Part shown: in pieces, positions 1 through 10,667 of the stretch
How the letters are laid out: every line of letters starts with the position of its first letter
Numbering within the stretch: the stretch's first letter is position 1
IMG/VR virus record: IMGVR_UViG_3300006217_000002
Strand: one strand, 5' to 3'
Source of the DNA: a virus
Lineage: Duplodnaviria; Heunggongvirae; Uroviricota; Caudoviricetes
Length of the DNA stretch: 64,000 bases
Made by a program: the position numbers and the translations under genes
The notes under the pieces: model-generated
What the model saw: only the letters and a program-made list of their open reading frames with translations
Database searches by the model: none
Told to the model about the DNA's origin: nothing

Positions 1-983
1 AGATTAATGAATCTTCCCTGCATCCATACATACATCTGAGTATCATAGTACCTGATTACAAGATCACCAGGTTTCATTTCCTGTACTCCAACTTCTTGCC
101 ATACAAGACCAGGTTTCTTTACATAAATAATACAATCCTGAGTTTCATCAGTCGAGTAGTCGGTCGCTGGTTTTAATGCAAAATAAGTTAAAGTAGGATC
201 TGTAACTTCAGGAAGCTCATCACCATGAGCCAATACATAGTTTGGATTCCAGTTAACAGATTCATATTCAACTAATACAGCTGTATTAGTTCTATCATCA
301 TATTCAATGTTTTTATAATTGAAGAAAGAGTCTCTGATTTCTTTGATCATTTCATCAATTTCTTTCCTACTATATGTTCCAACTTGATGGGCTGTTACAT
401 TATGAGGATTATTGATATCTAAAATGTGTTCATTTAAATCAGATTGATCTGCTTTCTTATTCCAACTCTCCCTTTCATCCATAGTAATATGAACAAACTG
501 ATCTGTTATATGATGATTAAAATCTTGGGCTGGAGCCATACTATTCCATTTATCCCGTTCTTCTTCAGTGATGTGAATATCCTTATCACGCACATGTGCT
601 TCAAAAGTTGCAGCAGAAACTTTTGTATCCATCATTTCTCCTACAGCTCTTTCCGAAGGAACTTTCGAATGAGACCTAGCATTAGGCTCTCTATTAATAG
701 TTTTAATGATTTCAGTCTCACCTACAACGCCATCTATTCCACTCCATGTCATTAATTTACCAGCACCGCCTCCAGAAAGAATTGGCTGCTTTTCTGCAAT
801 AAGTCTATATATGGCATTAATTTCTTCAGTGAGAGTAGTGGAATCATCATCGAAAGTTTTACGAATTGCATCATATACCGTTTTAGGATATGTATAGTCA
901 TAATCATAAACGGGAATTGGTTCTTGCTTTCCATCCAGATAAATTCTGGACTGAACAATTCTTCTTTCTTTCAATCGTCCCAT
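1..983 (-). CDS. Fibre-like virion protein, truncated by the window edge; paralog of 56260..60780; absent from the ORF track
   Basis: Manual translation from ATG at 983 (SD AAGGAG): MGRLKERRIVQSRIYLDGKQEPIPVYDYDYTYPKTVYDAIRKTFDDDSTTLTEEINAIY... aligns with MGHIGNEIVQSRMY...YKYTFPITVYDAVRRSMNDADSTTLTEDIDNIY; also contains HILDINNPHNVTAHQVG. Confidence 0.85.
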   Translation of the reverse strand, partial: MGRLKERRIVQSRIYLDGKQEPIPVYDYDYTYPKTVYDAIRKTFDDDSTTLTEEINAIYRLIAEKQPILSGGGAGKLMTWSGIDGVVGETEIIKTINREPNARSHSKVPSERAVGEMMDTKVSAATFEAHVRDKDIHITEEERDKWNSMAPAQDFNHHITDQFVHITMDERESWNKKADQSDLNEHILDINNPHNVTAHQVGTYSRKEIDEMIKEIRDSFFNYKNIEYDDRTNTAVLVEYESVNWNPNYVLAHGDELPEVTDPTLTYFALKPATDYSTDETQDCIIYVKKPGLVWQEVGVQEMKPGDLVIRYYDTQMYVWMQGRFIN

Positions 984-1044
984 AACATATATTCACTCCT
1001 TTACTTAAGAATAACTTCAAAGATTATTAGGAGGTGGTTCTCTA

Positions 1045-2967
1045 ATGGGAGTTAATGTTGGAGATAGAGTCCAAATAAGAGATGGTGGCATAGATGTTAC
1101 TAACGGCAAGAAAGCAAGAGCAGGATATAGATATGGAGAAGGAGGTCCAGATTTTGCTACAGTAGAAGCTATTGTAGAGAACTGGAATACTGGAGGTAGA
1201 TGGGGTCTACCAAATAGAGTTACTAAAGTAAGATGCTCAAATAGTGGAGTAGTTGTATGGCAAGTCCAGCCTCAAGATATAGCTGGGCAAAAAGTAGATG
1301 CTTCTCAGCCAGCTCCAGTACCTGCAAAACCGGCTCCTCCTCCATCTGTAACTATACCTGGAAAACCTAGAGTTGAACCGTCTAGACCTACTAAAAAATA
1401 TCCTAATTCAGCTATAGGAGCATCAAAGAATCCTTATGCTATTTTAAAAGGATCTGAAGTATGGTCTGAAGATGGTGGTGTAAAAACTCAACAAAATACA
1501 GATCTAAATACAATACCTGATGTCACTTTAGAGAGTTCAAAAGTGACAGACGAAACTGCATTCAGAGGTACAGGAGCATATCCTGTAAGATCATCTTTTA
1601 AAACTATAGATGCAGATGGTAAAATGAATGCAGATCAGATAAAAAAGACAGGAAGCAAAAACGTTTCAATAGACAAGAAAATTCAAGTTTCCACATTTAG
1701 TACAGCATGGGAAGAAACTGATAAGAGAAATGAAATGCTTAATAAAAAGAAAGGGTTAATTCAGAATAGTTATAATTTTCCTTTTTATGTTGGACAGAGC
1801 GGAAATCTTCCTGCAAAATACGATTACAGAATACTTGTTGGTGACCCTAGGTATACTCACGGACCAACATACAATCTTGAAGATAAGTTAATGGAGTTAA
1901 GAACTGAGTTAGGTATTCCTGTTCATGGTAATAATCAAATTGCTAAAGCAATGAAATATTATATGTATAATAGGTATAAAATACCTGACAAAAATCTAGC
2001 TCATAATAAAACCGTAACTCATGTATTCTTTACAAGACCAGATTTAAATTTGTTAAAGCAAGCTGCTCAAGGATATACAGCTAACGAGCAAATTATGAAT
2101 CATACTGAAGCTGCAATGTTATGGAGAAGACATCCAGAATTATTTAAACTTCTATCTGATAGATCTCATTGTGGAGATGAGAATAACTTCAATTTGTTAT
2201 TGTCAAATCAAGTTCAATCTTTTGATATTCAGGATGAAACGTTAACTACTAATAGAGCTGGAAAATCATGGAATGAATATGAAATGCAATATGGTGATGC
2301 TTATTCTGGAAGAACAGCTGGAGAATTTTCATGTGAGTTTCTTGATACATCTGAGTTTGAAATTATTAACTTAATGAAGCTATGGATAACATATATTGAC
2401 AATGTGGCCAGAGGCGCATGGTCTCCATCATATAGTCTGTCTGGAATGAGTAAGACTAATATTAATGCAAGTCATGTATATTCAAAAACTCTTGATTATG
2501 CTTCGTCAGCTTACGTTTTCAAGTGTGGCCCTGATGGGGAAGATGTACTATATTGGTCTAAGTATTATGGAATATTTCCTATTAATACTGGTGCAAATGC
2601 ATTGTCATGGAGTTTAGGAACTCCTATAGGCGATCCTCAGAAACTCAATATAAGATTCGCTTATTGTTATAAAAGAGATATGTCTCCGATTTCGCTTATT
2701 GAGTTTAATAATGCCTCTGGAGTAACAACCGATAATCCTAAATATGAACCTGCATTCAATGTTAATTTAGGTCATACTGGAAGACCTTATGTTGGTGCAC
2801 CTTTCATTGAAATAGATTTAGGATATCCATCTTTAACTTCTAATGATGTTAATAGAACTGGTAAGAGAACTCAGATAAGATTGAAATTTAGGAGAGATAA
2901 TAAACAATCTAGATCTGACTCTATTCTATTTAAGGCAGAAGGAAGATTGAATAAGAATCAATTATAA
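1045..2967 (+). CDS. Virion baseplate / tail-tube-initiator-like protein with N-terminal SH3-like domain and Pro-rich linker
   Basis: 640 aa, SD AGGAGG; C-terminal HVFFTRPDLNL...FSCEFLDT...KLWITYI...YWSKYYGIFP resembles tube-fold baseplate proteins of jumbo myoviruses; next to the wedge gene. Confidence 0.6.
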   Translation: MGVNVGDRVQIRDGGIDVTNGKKARAGYRYGEGGPDFATVEAIVENWNTGGRWGLPNRVTKVRCSNSGVVVWQVQPQDIAGQKVDASQPAPVPAKPAPPPSVTIPGKPRVEPSRPTKKYPNSAIGASKNPYAILKGSEVWSEDGGVKTQQNTDLNTIPDVTLESSKVTDETAFRGTGAYPVRSSFKTIDADGKMNADQIKKTGSKNVSIDKKIQVSTFSTAWEETDKRNEMLNKKKGLIQNSYNFPFYVGQSGNLPAKYDYRILVGDPRYTHGPTYNLEDKLMELRTELGIPVHGNNQIAKAMKYYMYNRYKIPDKNLAHNKTVTHVFFTRPDLNLLKQAAQGYTANEQIMNHTEAAMLWRRHPELFKLLSDRSHCGDENNFNLLLSNQVQSFDIQDETLTTNRAGKSWNEYEMQYGDAYSGRTAGEFSCEFLDTSEFEIINLMKLWITYIDNVARGAWSPSYSLSGMSKTNINASHVYSKTLDYASSAYVFKCGPDGEDVLYWSKYYGIFPINTGANALSWSLGTPIGDPQKLNIRFAYCYKRDMSPISLIEFNNASGVTTDNPKYEPAFNVNLGHTGRPYVGAPFIEIDLGYPSLTSNDVNRTGKRTQIRLKFRRDNKQSRSDSILFKAEGRLNKNQL

Positions 2968-2994
2968 AATAATAAGAAAGGAGTTGAAATATAA

Positions 2995-5928
2995 ATGCTG
3001 GAAAAAATTGGAAATAAAGACGTTGTAGTCCATAATTATACCAGTAATTTTGATGTAAAAGAATTCATCCAGGAAGTGTTAATTCCAAGGGCATTTCCTG
3101 GAATCCCTATGAATAAATTGAATGTCGGATTCAATGGTGTTATTTCAGAATACGTAGGCCAAGCTATAGAAGATTCGCATGCCACTGGAGCATTAATGCT
3201 TAATGAAGCTTTTATAACTAAAGCAATGCTACCTAAATCTATATATGCAGAAGCTTCAGCTTACGACTTGGGATATACTTTTGCTACACCATCTCGTTGT
3301 GATTTCGCACTTCAGTTATCTCTTACAGACGTAATTAGGTATTCAACAAGAGTTCCAAATAGTAGTATCATGAGATATGTATTGGATAAAGATACAAAAC
3401 TTATGCTTGGTGATAGTAATTACAAACTTGATTATGATATCATTATTGATCACATGATGCAAGATGGTAAAAGAATTTTCAAAATTTATTATGATATGAC
3501 AGAAGAAAATTCAATATCAACTGTCACAAGTAAATATATTAAACACCAAGCTACAATTATCGATTGGCTTGTATTATTCTTAAATCTCAGAGAATTTGAC
3601 CGTAAGAAAGATGATGTACCTCTTACAGATAATCTCATCACTACTAATAGTGAAGTTGAATTATCATGGACTGGTCAAATTGCTGGAATTGATTTGGTAT
3701 ATATAAATCCATACGGAGAACGTATGCCAATGAAAATGAAGATTGAGAATACTAAAGCTGACGTAAAACCATTTGTATGGTATCGATTTGAAAACGATAA
3801 TAAAATAGTTTTATCATTCTCATCTAATGATGGATATTGGATGCCTGATTTTAACTCAAAGATTGAATATACTATTTATACATGCAGAGGTTCTGAAGCT
3901 AATTTTGATATGTATAATAGTAAATCTGGTGTACCTGTTCAAAAAACTGGTGAGAGATACTCATACAATGCTAGTACAAAAATGGTAGCATTGTGTTATG
4001 GAGGATCTGTAGGAGGTATTGATAAAGGGGATGTGGAAGATCTTCGCAGTGATGTTATTATTGCAAAAAATACTTGCGGATCCATATCAACAGCATATGA
4101 TCTTCAGTTATGGTATGAACGATATGCGAATAAGTTTAAGTCGAGATCTAAGTTCTTTAAAAGAAGAGATGATCCATCTGGACAGTTGTTCTCGCAGTTC
4201 ATAGCTATTACTAAAGATACCTATATCTATCCATCAAATACATTGACGATATCTGTAGATCAAGATCAATTTGATTTTATTAACTCTAATGCAGATGGCG
4301 TTAATAAGGAATTCATTATAAAAGCTGGGCATTTATGGGAATATGATCAACACTTTATAGAGCAATCAGATATTAGGGTAAACGATGAAGGACATGTTGT
4401 AATGTCTGATAAATACGGAGATCTAGGTTACAGATTTGAAATCGATGATAGAGATCATCTGATGGTAAAAGTTCCAAAAGATACAGATGTTAATTTCTAT
4501 ATCGATGAAAATGGCCACCTTAAAGCTTCATATGACGTAGTAAGAAATAGGGTGAAGATGGTCAAAGGAACAGATGGAATGGCTATGATATCTGACGAAA
4601 CAATTCCTCCAATAACGGAAGAAAGACCATTTATGTTTGTTAACCCGTTCTCCATTAAAATCAATAGAGACCCGTCAGTATCAATGAATTACAATTACTT
4701 GATTAACCATACATCATGGCCTGATGATGTTCCATTGAATAATGATTGCTTCTATCAATTTCAGCTTGCAACATTTTCTATAGAAAGAAGTTTATCTCAT
4801 AAATACAATAACATGTATCACATCGAAGTTATCTGTGTTCCTACAGTTAATTCGACAGCTACTCTTAAATATGTAGAAGGAATAGGAGACGATTTCCCTC
4901 TAGTTGATAACAATATGCGTTTAGTATTGATAATTCAGACTAAAGAGGATGGGGAAACCGGATATATTGAAATGACTCCTAAGGAGATAAGAGAAGCTGG
5001 ATCAATACTGTTTGAAACAGATATCGCAGTACTCGATAATATAAGATCAGATAAGATGATTGAAGTAGATCTTGAAAGAACTAAGAGTATGCATTCTCTG
5101 ATTCTTCGTGGTCCAAGAGCAGGTAAAGTATTTATGGATTCTGAGGAAAGTAGTTTCCACTTTGCAGTAATGATGAAAGACTCAACAGGTAAACTCACAA
5201 CAGGTTTATTTGATGATGAATCATTTAAGAATTATACCATGGCAAATAGATTTGCAAACGATCACAGAGATTTGATATTATATAAACCAATGAATATGAT
5301 GAGATCTGTTATTAAGTTTAATGGAGAGAATGGTGATTATAATATTCAAGCTTCATTAATGTCATTTCTTAAATGGGATATTCCATTTGATGATGAGAAG
5401 ATGGCTTACTTTGTGCAAGCTTTTGCAAATCAATATAAAGCAATGGAACCAGTATTATCTAAGCTTGAAGGAAATGCTTTCTTGGACTTTAAACTGTTTA
5501 ATTCGTATGGCAGGTCAAATAACTACTATATTGGTCCAAAAGATGGATCTACAGTACTGCGTGATTCTGATATTCTTCTCGATGATGTATATGTGAGAAT
5601 TAAGTTAAAGATGGCCGTATATGATAGATCAATGTATGCTCAAACCGCAAATGAAGTAATAAATGAAATAATCTCTTTCTTCAATATGCTGAATGATGGA
5701 GATAAAACAGATGTACATTTATCGAATATTATTCACAATATTGAATGTTACCATCCAAATGTGAAATATCTAAGATTCTTAGGTTTCAATAATTATGATG
5801 CTAACAAACAATCCATATTCGTTAAGTATACAGACGTATCCGAACTTAAAGAAAATGAATTGATGACCCATATCCCTGAAATGATAAGAGTCGATTCAAA
5901 CAGTATTGAAATTACTGAAGAAATCTAA
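2995..5928 (+). CDS. Baseplate wedge protein (T4 gp6-like)
   Basis: 977 aa; N-terminal NEAFITKAMLPKSIY...LGYTFATPS, internal YTIYTCRGSEANF and GGSVGGID motifs typical of gp6/baseplate-J-like wedge proteins. Confidence 0.7.
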   Translation: MLEKIGNKDVVVHNYTSNFDVKEFIQEVLIPRAFPGIPMNKLNVGFNGVISEYVGQAIEDSHATGALMLNEAFITKAMLPKSIYAEASAYDLGYTFATPSRCDFALQLSLTDVIRYSTRVPNSSIMRYVLDKDTKLMLGDSNYKLDYDIIIDHMMQDGKRIFKIYYDMTEENSISTVTSKYIKHQATIIDWLVLFLNLREFDRKKDDVPLTDNLITTNSEVELSWTGQIAGIDLVYINPYGERMPMKMKIENTKADVKPFVWYRFENDNKIVLSFSSNDGYWMPDFNSKIEYTIYTCRGSEANFDMYNSKSGVPVQKTGERYSYNASTKMVALCYGGSVGGIDKGDVEDLRSDVIIAKNTCGSISTAYDLQLWYERYANKFKSRSKFFKRRDDPSGQLFSQFIAITKDTYIYPSNTLTISVDQDQFDFINSNADGVNKEFIIKAGHLWEYDQHFIEQSDIRVNDEGHVVMSDKYGDLGYRFEIDDRDHLMVKVPKDTDVNFYIDENGHLKASYDVVRNRVKMVKGTDGMAMISDETIPPITEERPFMFVNPFSIKINRDPSVSMNYNYLINHTSWPDDVPLNNDCFYQFQLATFSIERSLSHKYNNMYHIEVICVPTVNSTATLKYVEGIGDDFPLVDNNMRLVLIIQTKEDGETGYIEMTPKEIREAGSILFETDIAVLDNIRSDKMIEVDLERTKSMHSLILRGPRAGKVFMDSEESSFHFAVMMKDSTGKLTTGLFDDESFKNYTMANRFANDHRDLILYKPMNMMRSVIKFNGENGDYNIQASLMSFLKWDIPFDDEKMAYFVQAFANQYKAMEPVLSKLEGNAFLDFKLFNSYGRSNNYYIGPKDGSTVLRDSDILLDDVYVRIKLKMAVYDRSMYAQTANEVINEIISFFNMLNDGDKTDVHLSNIIHNIECYHPNVKYLRFLGFNNYDANKQSIFVKYTDVSELKENELMTHIPEMIRVDSNSIEITEEI

Positions 5929-5972
5929 CGGAACCATTTTAGTAAGACAATAAGAATATAGGAGGTATATTT

Positions 5973-7055
5973 ATGGAAGGAGAAACCTTAACTCAATTTT
6001 ATGACAAACTGAAATCACAGCTTGATGGTCCTCAGGGTGGTCAGGTGTCTCCAATGATTAATGTACAGAGAAACCCTGGAGGTTTAGATAAATCTCCTGG
6101 TGCATTAATGTGGAGAAATAAAGCTGCAAATCATGCTGAAGGACTCAAGGACAAATGTAGAAAACATATTCTCGTTGATATGTATTGTAAGATAATTCCT
6201 CTTGATGACGATTATGTATGCGGACATCATAGACAGATGCAAACAGACATTGATAACATGCTTGATCGTAAAGGAATGACAGCTTCACAATATCTCACAT
6301 CTTGTTATGAGTCTACTCATGCTCCTCTTCTTGAGTTCATCTTAAGATCCACTGATAATATTGGTAATAGCTATCTTGAAGATGCTAAAGAAACTCTTAA
6401 AGATGCTCAGGAAAATGATGTGAAATTATCAGAACCTAAGGAACCAAGTATCGAGGATAAGAATGTGGAAGATCAGTTGGTTGATATTACACAGGATTCA
6501 GAATATGAAACATTCATTGATAAGCTTAAACAGAAAACAATCAATAAGATTGTCAATGATGTATCTAAGATAATTTCTGATAAGAAAGAAGAAAAGAAAA
6601 TGACTTTCGATACAACTCCTGGAGTTGATAATCCTACAACTGAATCAACTGTATCTGTTGGAGTAGATTATCTCCAGAAAAATCTGTGGAATGAAAGTGC
6701 TTCTTTATCTCCTGCTGATCAGGAAGGAATGATTGGAATGGCAATCCGTGAAGCTACATTACATCAGTTTGACGTTGTATTTGATCAGCCTGGCAAAACT
6801 TTAAAGGAATTCACATCAATGATTAACTTTGGCAAAGGAGCAGTTATTAATGAATCTGCTATTACTTACTTCAAAGAAAACGCTACTGAAAGGTACGAGC
6901 CTTTGTATAAGGAAGTAGATGGAAATAAGTTTGATATCTCCAATTTCGAGAAAGTAGATTCTAGTGGAAACAAAACTCCTATGTCAGATTCAGAAGCAAA
7001 GTCCGTACTTGATCCTGACGGATACAAAAAATTTCAGGACCAAAAGAAGAAATAA
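5973..7055 (+). CDS. Hypothetical protein, probable internal head protein
   Basis: 360 aa, SD GGAGG; repeated x-x-E-S motifs (CYES, TTES, WNES, INES). Confidence 0.55.
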   Translation: MEGETLTQFYDKLKSQLDGPQGGQVSPMINVQRNPGGLDKSPGALMWRNKAANHAEGLKDKCRKHILVDMYCKIIPLDDDYVCGHHRQMQTDIDNMLDRKGMTASQYLTSCYESTHAPLLEFILRSTDNIGNSYLEDAKETLKDAQENDVKLSEPKEPSIEDKNVEDQLVDITQDSEYETFIDKLKQKTINKIVNDVSKIISDKKEEKKMTFDTTPGVDNPTTESTVSVGVDYLQKNLWNESASLSPADQEGMIGMAIREATLHQFDVVFDQPGKTLKEFTSMINFGKGAVINESAITYFKENATERYEPLYKEVDGNKFDISNFEKVDSSGNKTPMSDSEAKSVLDPDGYKKFQDQKKK

Positions 7056-7066
7056 AATATAACAAT

Positions 7067-7102
7067 GTATATCAGGAGGGGATTATACCCCTCCTGATAT
7101 AC
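7067..7102. terminator. Intrinsic terminator-like hairpin
   Basis: Perfect 15-bp stem gtatatcaggagggg/cccctcctgatatac just after the 7055 stop. Confidence 0.75.
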
Positions 7103-7169
7103 TGAACGTATTTTCTATAAACTATTAACTTAATAATTTATACAATGCTATTTGGAAGAGGTGATATTA

Positions 7170-8945
7170 ATGGCTTCAATGACAGCAGTATTGGTATCAG
7201 AATTGATGCAACTTGAAGGATTACATGGTCAAGATCCTGAAACTGGAGCTGGTGTTCATTCTTCGACTTCATATTTATCAGAATACACAAACAGAATTTT
7301 TGGCGCTCCGTACCAGTTATTAGATTCAGTAGACAGAAGATTTCCTTCTGTCAATGAATATGTAGGAAATGAATACTTGAGAAATTTTCTATTAAACAGT
7401 CCTATCTTGCATATTAAACCAGGATTACCTAAATATACTGGCAAAGAAGAAGGTCTGCTTGATAGTATCAAACAAGTATACATTGATACATCAAGTGGAA
7501 ATATGTCATTTGCTTCTGCTCTATTAGAAGAAATGGCTAGTAGCACTATATTCGGAAAAGGATCACAATTACAAAAAAGAATGTTCGGTTTCCGTGAAAC
7601 TTATTATCAATATATGCAGCATGTAAATTATATGTGTAGATCAATGGCATCATTCATAGGTTTAGTTAATAATACTAAATTTCCTAATGGAACATTTACG
7701 GGTGAATCTTCATCAATGAAACCATTTAAAACTATGAAGTGGGAAAATTACAGGATGCTAAGTAAAACTACAGTTACTACTCCATGGGATCAATTGCAAG
7801 AAATGGGAGGAGCAACATTAGTAGGAGCTGCTGCTGGAAGTGTTGGAGATATTATTGGAGGTCTTGTTACTGGTGTAAAAAAATCTGCAAAAGACACTGC
7901 AAAAGCATTAACTGAAATATTAGTAGGAGGAACTTCCGCTTCAGATGTACTAGGAGATCTTGGATCATCTTTAGCAAGTGATGCTGCTGAGACAGCTGGA
8001 TCTATGTGGAGTGATGTAAAAGGCAATTTCAGCCATGCGCTTAGTACATCAATTACTGACGTCGCAGTTGATAAAGTATCATCTGTACAATTTATGGTAG
8101 AACCAGTTCAGTTCGATGAAACGTTAATTAACAATGTAGAAGATTCTATGATTGAATCTGCTATTGACGCAGTAACAAAAGGAATTGGATCTGAAATAGC
8201 TTTCATTACTGGATCTAATGTTGATCTTGGTCTTGTAGAAGGAATTACTGATTTCCTTGGTAACACTTTAGAGAGTGCAGCAACTATGATACAGGGATTA
8301 GTAGAACCTGTGGCTGGAGGTTTCGCTTCCAATCTTTTCAGTGGTGCTTTAAGATCAATAAAAGGACAAAAAATGATTTATCCAAAAATTTATAAATCGT
8401 CTGAAAGTACAATGAATTATCAGTTCACAATAAACTTGAATTCTCCATATGGTGACCCATATAATTATTATATGAATATCGTGGTTCCTCTAATGCATTT
8501 AATAGCTCTCGCAGCTCCTAGAATGGTTACATCAAATAGTATAACTTCTCCATTCTTAGTACAAGCATTTATTCCTGGAATGTGTACATGTCAGTTAGGA
8601 ATTATTCAGCAAATGAATATAAGTAAAAACCCTTCAACAAAACATGTATCAGTTCATGGATTCCCTCTTGATGTAAAGGTAACATTTACTATTCAAGAAT
8701 TATACAATGCATTATCCATATCTCCAGCAAATGATCCAGCATCATTTTTATTTAATGAAACATTAAATGATTATATGTCTAATCTTGCTGGGTTAATGCC
8801 ATCAGTAGATACTTATACTGAGCAAAGGAAAATAATGTTCCAAAATTTACAGAACTATTTTGAGAGTTCTGAGTACTTGAATGATATTGCAAATAACTTA
8901 TTAACAAAAGTTGAAAATACTTTTAATCCATTTCAAGGAAGATAA
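7170..8945 (+). CDS. Virion structural protein (baseplate-associated)
   Basis: ATG 7170 after GAGGTG; C-terminal GQKMIYPKIYKSSES...INLNSPYGDP...SPFLVQAFIPG...GFPLDVKVTFTIQELY resembles phiKZ/AR9-type baseplate proteins; Ala/Gly/Ser-rich helical middle. Confidence 0.55.
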   Translation: MASMTAVLVSELMQLEGLHGQDPETGAGVHSSTSYLSEYTNRIFGAPYQLLDSVDRRFPSVNEYVGNEYLRNFLLNSPILHIKPGLPKYTGKEEGLLDSIKQVYIDTSSGNMSFASALLEEMASSTIFGKGSQLQKRMFGFRETYYQYMQHVNYMCRSMASFIGLVNNTKFPNGTFTGESSSMKPFKTMKWENYRMLSKTTVTTPWDQLQEMGGATLVGAAAGSVGDIIGGLVTGVKKSAKDTAKALTEILVGGTSASDVLGDLGSSLASDAAETAGSMWSDVKGNFSHALSTSITDVAVDKVSSVQFMVEPVQFDETLINNVEDSMIESAIDAVTKGIGSEIAFITGSNVDLGLVEGITDFLGNTLESAATMIQGLVEPVAGGFASNLFSGALRSIKGQKMIYPKIYKSSESTMNYQFTINLNSPYGDPYNYYMNIVVPLMHLIALAAPRMVTSNSITSPFLVQAFIPGMCTCQLGIIQQMNISKNPSTKHVSVHGFPLDVKVTFTIQELYNALSISPANDPASFLFNETLNDYMSNLAGLMPSVDTYTEQRKIMFQNLQNYFESSEYLNDIANNLLTKVENTFNPFQGR

Positions 8946-8958
8946 ACAAAAATTGGCT

Positions 8959-8997
8959 AATATTAATAGAGCCCCATCGTGGGGCTCTATTAATATT
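8959..8997. terminator. Bidirectional terminator between convergent genes
   Basis: Inverted repeat aatattaatagagcccca/tggggctctattaatatt. Confidence 0.8.
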
Positions 8998-9006
8998 TAT
9001 TTAAGC

Positions 9007-9291
9007 CTAGAAGTCACGTGATTCTTCTAAATGTTCAGTCGCGAATTTCTGAAGCGATTCAATATTATTAGATTTGGATTTCATAATCTCAATAATATTA
9101 GAAATCTCTTCTTGACTCGAGACTATGTATCTCTTATCTGAGCATTTCAGAATGATTAAATTCTGAAGATTAGAGTTATGAATAATTGCTGTATCATGAC
9201 CTAATGTAACTTCCGTTATACCATCATCTTTCATTTCAATTTTTCCAACTCTGTTCATTTTAAATATCCATACAAACTTATGTTGTTCCAT
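9007..9291 (-). CDS. Hypothetical protein
   Basis: 94 aa, SD GGGAGG, last gene of the tmk-thyX operon. Confidence 0.65.
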   Translation of the reverse strand: MEQHKFVWIFKMNRVGKIEMKDDGITEVTLGHDTAIIHNSNLQNLIILKCSDKRYIVSSQEEISNIIEIMKSKSNNIESLQKFATEHLEESRDF

Positions 9292-9526
9292 TGTTATCGA
9301 TCTCCTCCCGTTGCCATTCTATGAATGGGTACATTCTTTGAAGATGCATCGTCTTCCCACATTTAGTACATTTGTGTGGTATTAATGGAGGATTGGTCAT
9401 AAGAGTAGGTGCTTCTCCAGTTGGATCAACAACCATTTCACCATCACCACAAAATTCACAAATATATCTAACACCAATAGGCTTAACAGGAAATGTTTCT
9501 TCATGTTCCTTAGGTTGGTAGCTCAT
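9278..9526 (-). CDS. Small zinc-ribbon protein
   Basis: CEFC...CTKC pairs; SD AAGGAG. Confidence 0.7.
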   Translation of the reverse strand: MSYQPKEHEETFPVKPIGVRYICEFCGDGEMVVDPTGEAPTLMTNPPLIPHKCTKCGKTMHLQRMYPFIEWQREEIDNNGTT

Positions 9527-9540
9527 AGTTTTTATTCTCC

Positions 9541-10665
9541 TTATACAAGATATTTCTGCTGATCTTCAAAGATGATATGATCAGTTGAAATGCAGTCAGC
9601 AAGTAATGGAATTGCAACCTCTCTCATCTGAGGATGTGCATGGCCTTCAGCTCTCATGTCAAAGAAATGTTTCATTTCTCCAAGGCGAGCAGTCATTACA
9701 AGTTCTGCTTTTGTAGAATGACTAAGGACTGATCTCGCCTGCTGAGGTACCCATTTATCTTCTTTGATATTAGTAGTATCAGATGATACAAGGTCTTCAT
9801 AGATATTAGAGCTGTGAATAATTGAATCAAGATAGTCCAAAGTTCTATATGACAGATTGTGAGGGTTAGAAGCCATAAAGTACTGATCTTTCAAATAATC
9901 TTCAAGCATTTCATCACTCAAGAGAACTTCTTTATCATGATCAGATAACCATTCAGGAAGAATGTATGTGCATCCTTTCTTTCCATAGTTGACATACCTT
10001 GTACTTTCCTGAGCCCAACTTGCAGGACGATGACGTACAGCCTCATGAGTTACTCCGCGATCTACAATGAACTTAGTTGTCATGAAATCATGGATAAGAC
10101 GAATGTTCCTAGGCATAGATTTCATCTCACTACGAGAGATAAGTTTTACTCCATCATGCATCTCGAAGTCATTAGGGAAATAGAATCCTTCCGGCATCTT
10201 AGTAATTTCAGAATAATTATCGAGCATGAATTTACAAATATAATGGAAGCAAGAAATAACGCCAGGGTTATTATATGCCGCCGTATCCCATAGATAATTA
10301 ATTGCTGTAGCAGATGCAGAGAGAATGTATTGTTTATCAAGATCATCGCTTCCTTTAATGTTGCTTAATTTTACAAATGATACTGCATTTGCAAAATCAT
10401 AATCGTCACAATGTTCCATCATGATTTCATAGAACTCGTCATAGAAACTCCTAGGTATATAAAATGCAAAGATATAGTGCTCCAACATAGCCCAGTGTTT
10501 ACGATCACGAATGTTGTTCAAATATTTGATACAACTTTCATCTGTAATTTTATCCTCGCTTTTGTAACATACTCTACCGATTTTTTCCAGATGTTTAAGA
10601 ACCTCCATTTTCTCAAACGGTTCAGGAATAGAAAACCTTTCAAATACAGCTTCAATAAATCTCAT
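9541..10665 (-). CDS. thyX: FAD-dependent thymidylate synthase
   Basis: ThyX signature RHRPASWAQESTRY; N-terminal IGRVCYKSE...HWAMLEH; C-terminal HFFDMR...AHPQMR. Confidence 0.93.
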   Translation of the reverse strand: MRFIEAVFERFSIPEPFEKMEVLKHLEKIGRVCYKSEDKITDESCIKYLNNIRDRKHWAMLEHYIFAFYIPRSFYDEFYEIMMEHCDDYDFANAVSFVKLSNIKGSDDLDKQYILSASATAINYLWDTAAYNNPGVISCFHYICKFMLDNYSEITKMPEGFYFPNDFEMHDGVKLISRSEMKSMPRNIRLIHDFMTTKFIVDRGVTHEAVRHRPASWAQESTRYVNYGKKGCTYILPEWLSDHDKEVLLSDEMLEDYLKDQYFMASNPHNLSYRTLDYLDSIIHSSNIYEDLVSSDTTNIKEDKWVPQQARSVLSHSTKAELVMTARLGEMKHFFDMRAEGHAHPQMREVAIPLLADCISTDHIIFEDQQKYLV

Positions 10666-10667
10666 TG

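Noticed and set aside
444-958. Three short ORF-track calls at the left edge
   Set aside because: They overlap the real minus-strand fibre paralog starting at 983
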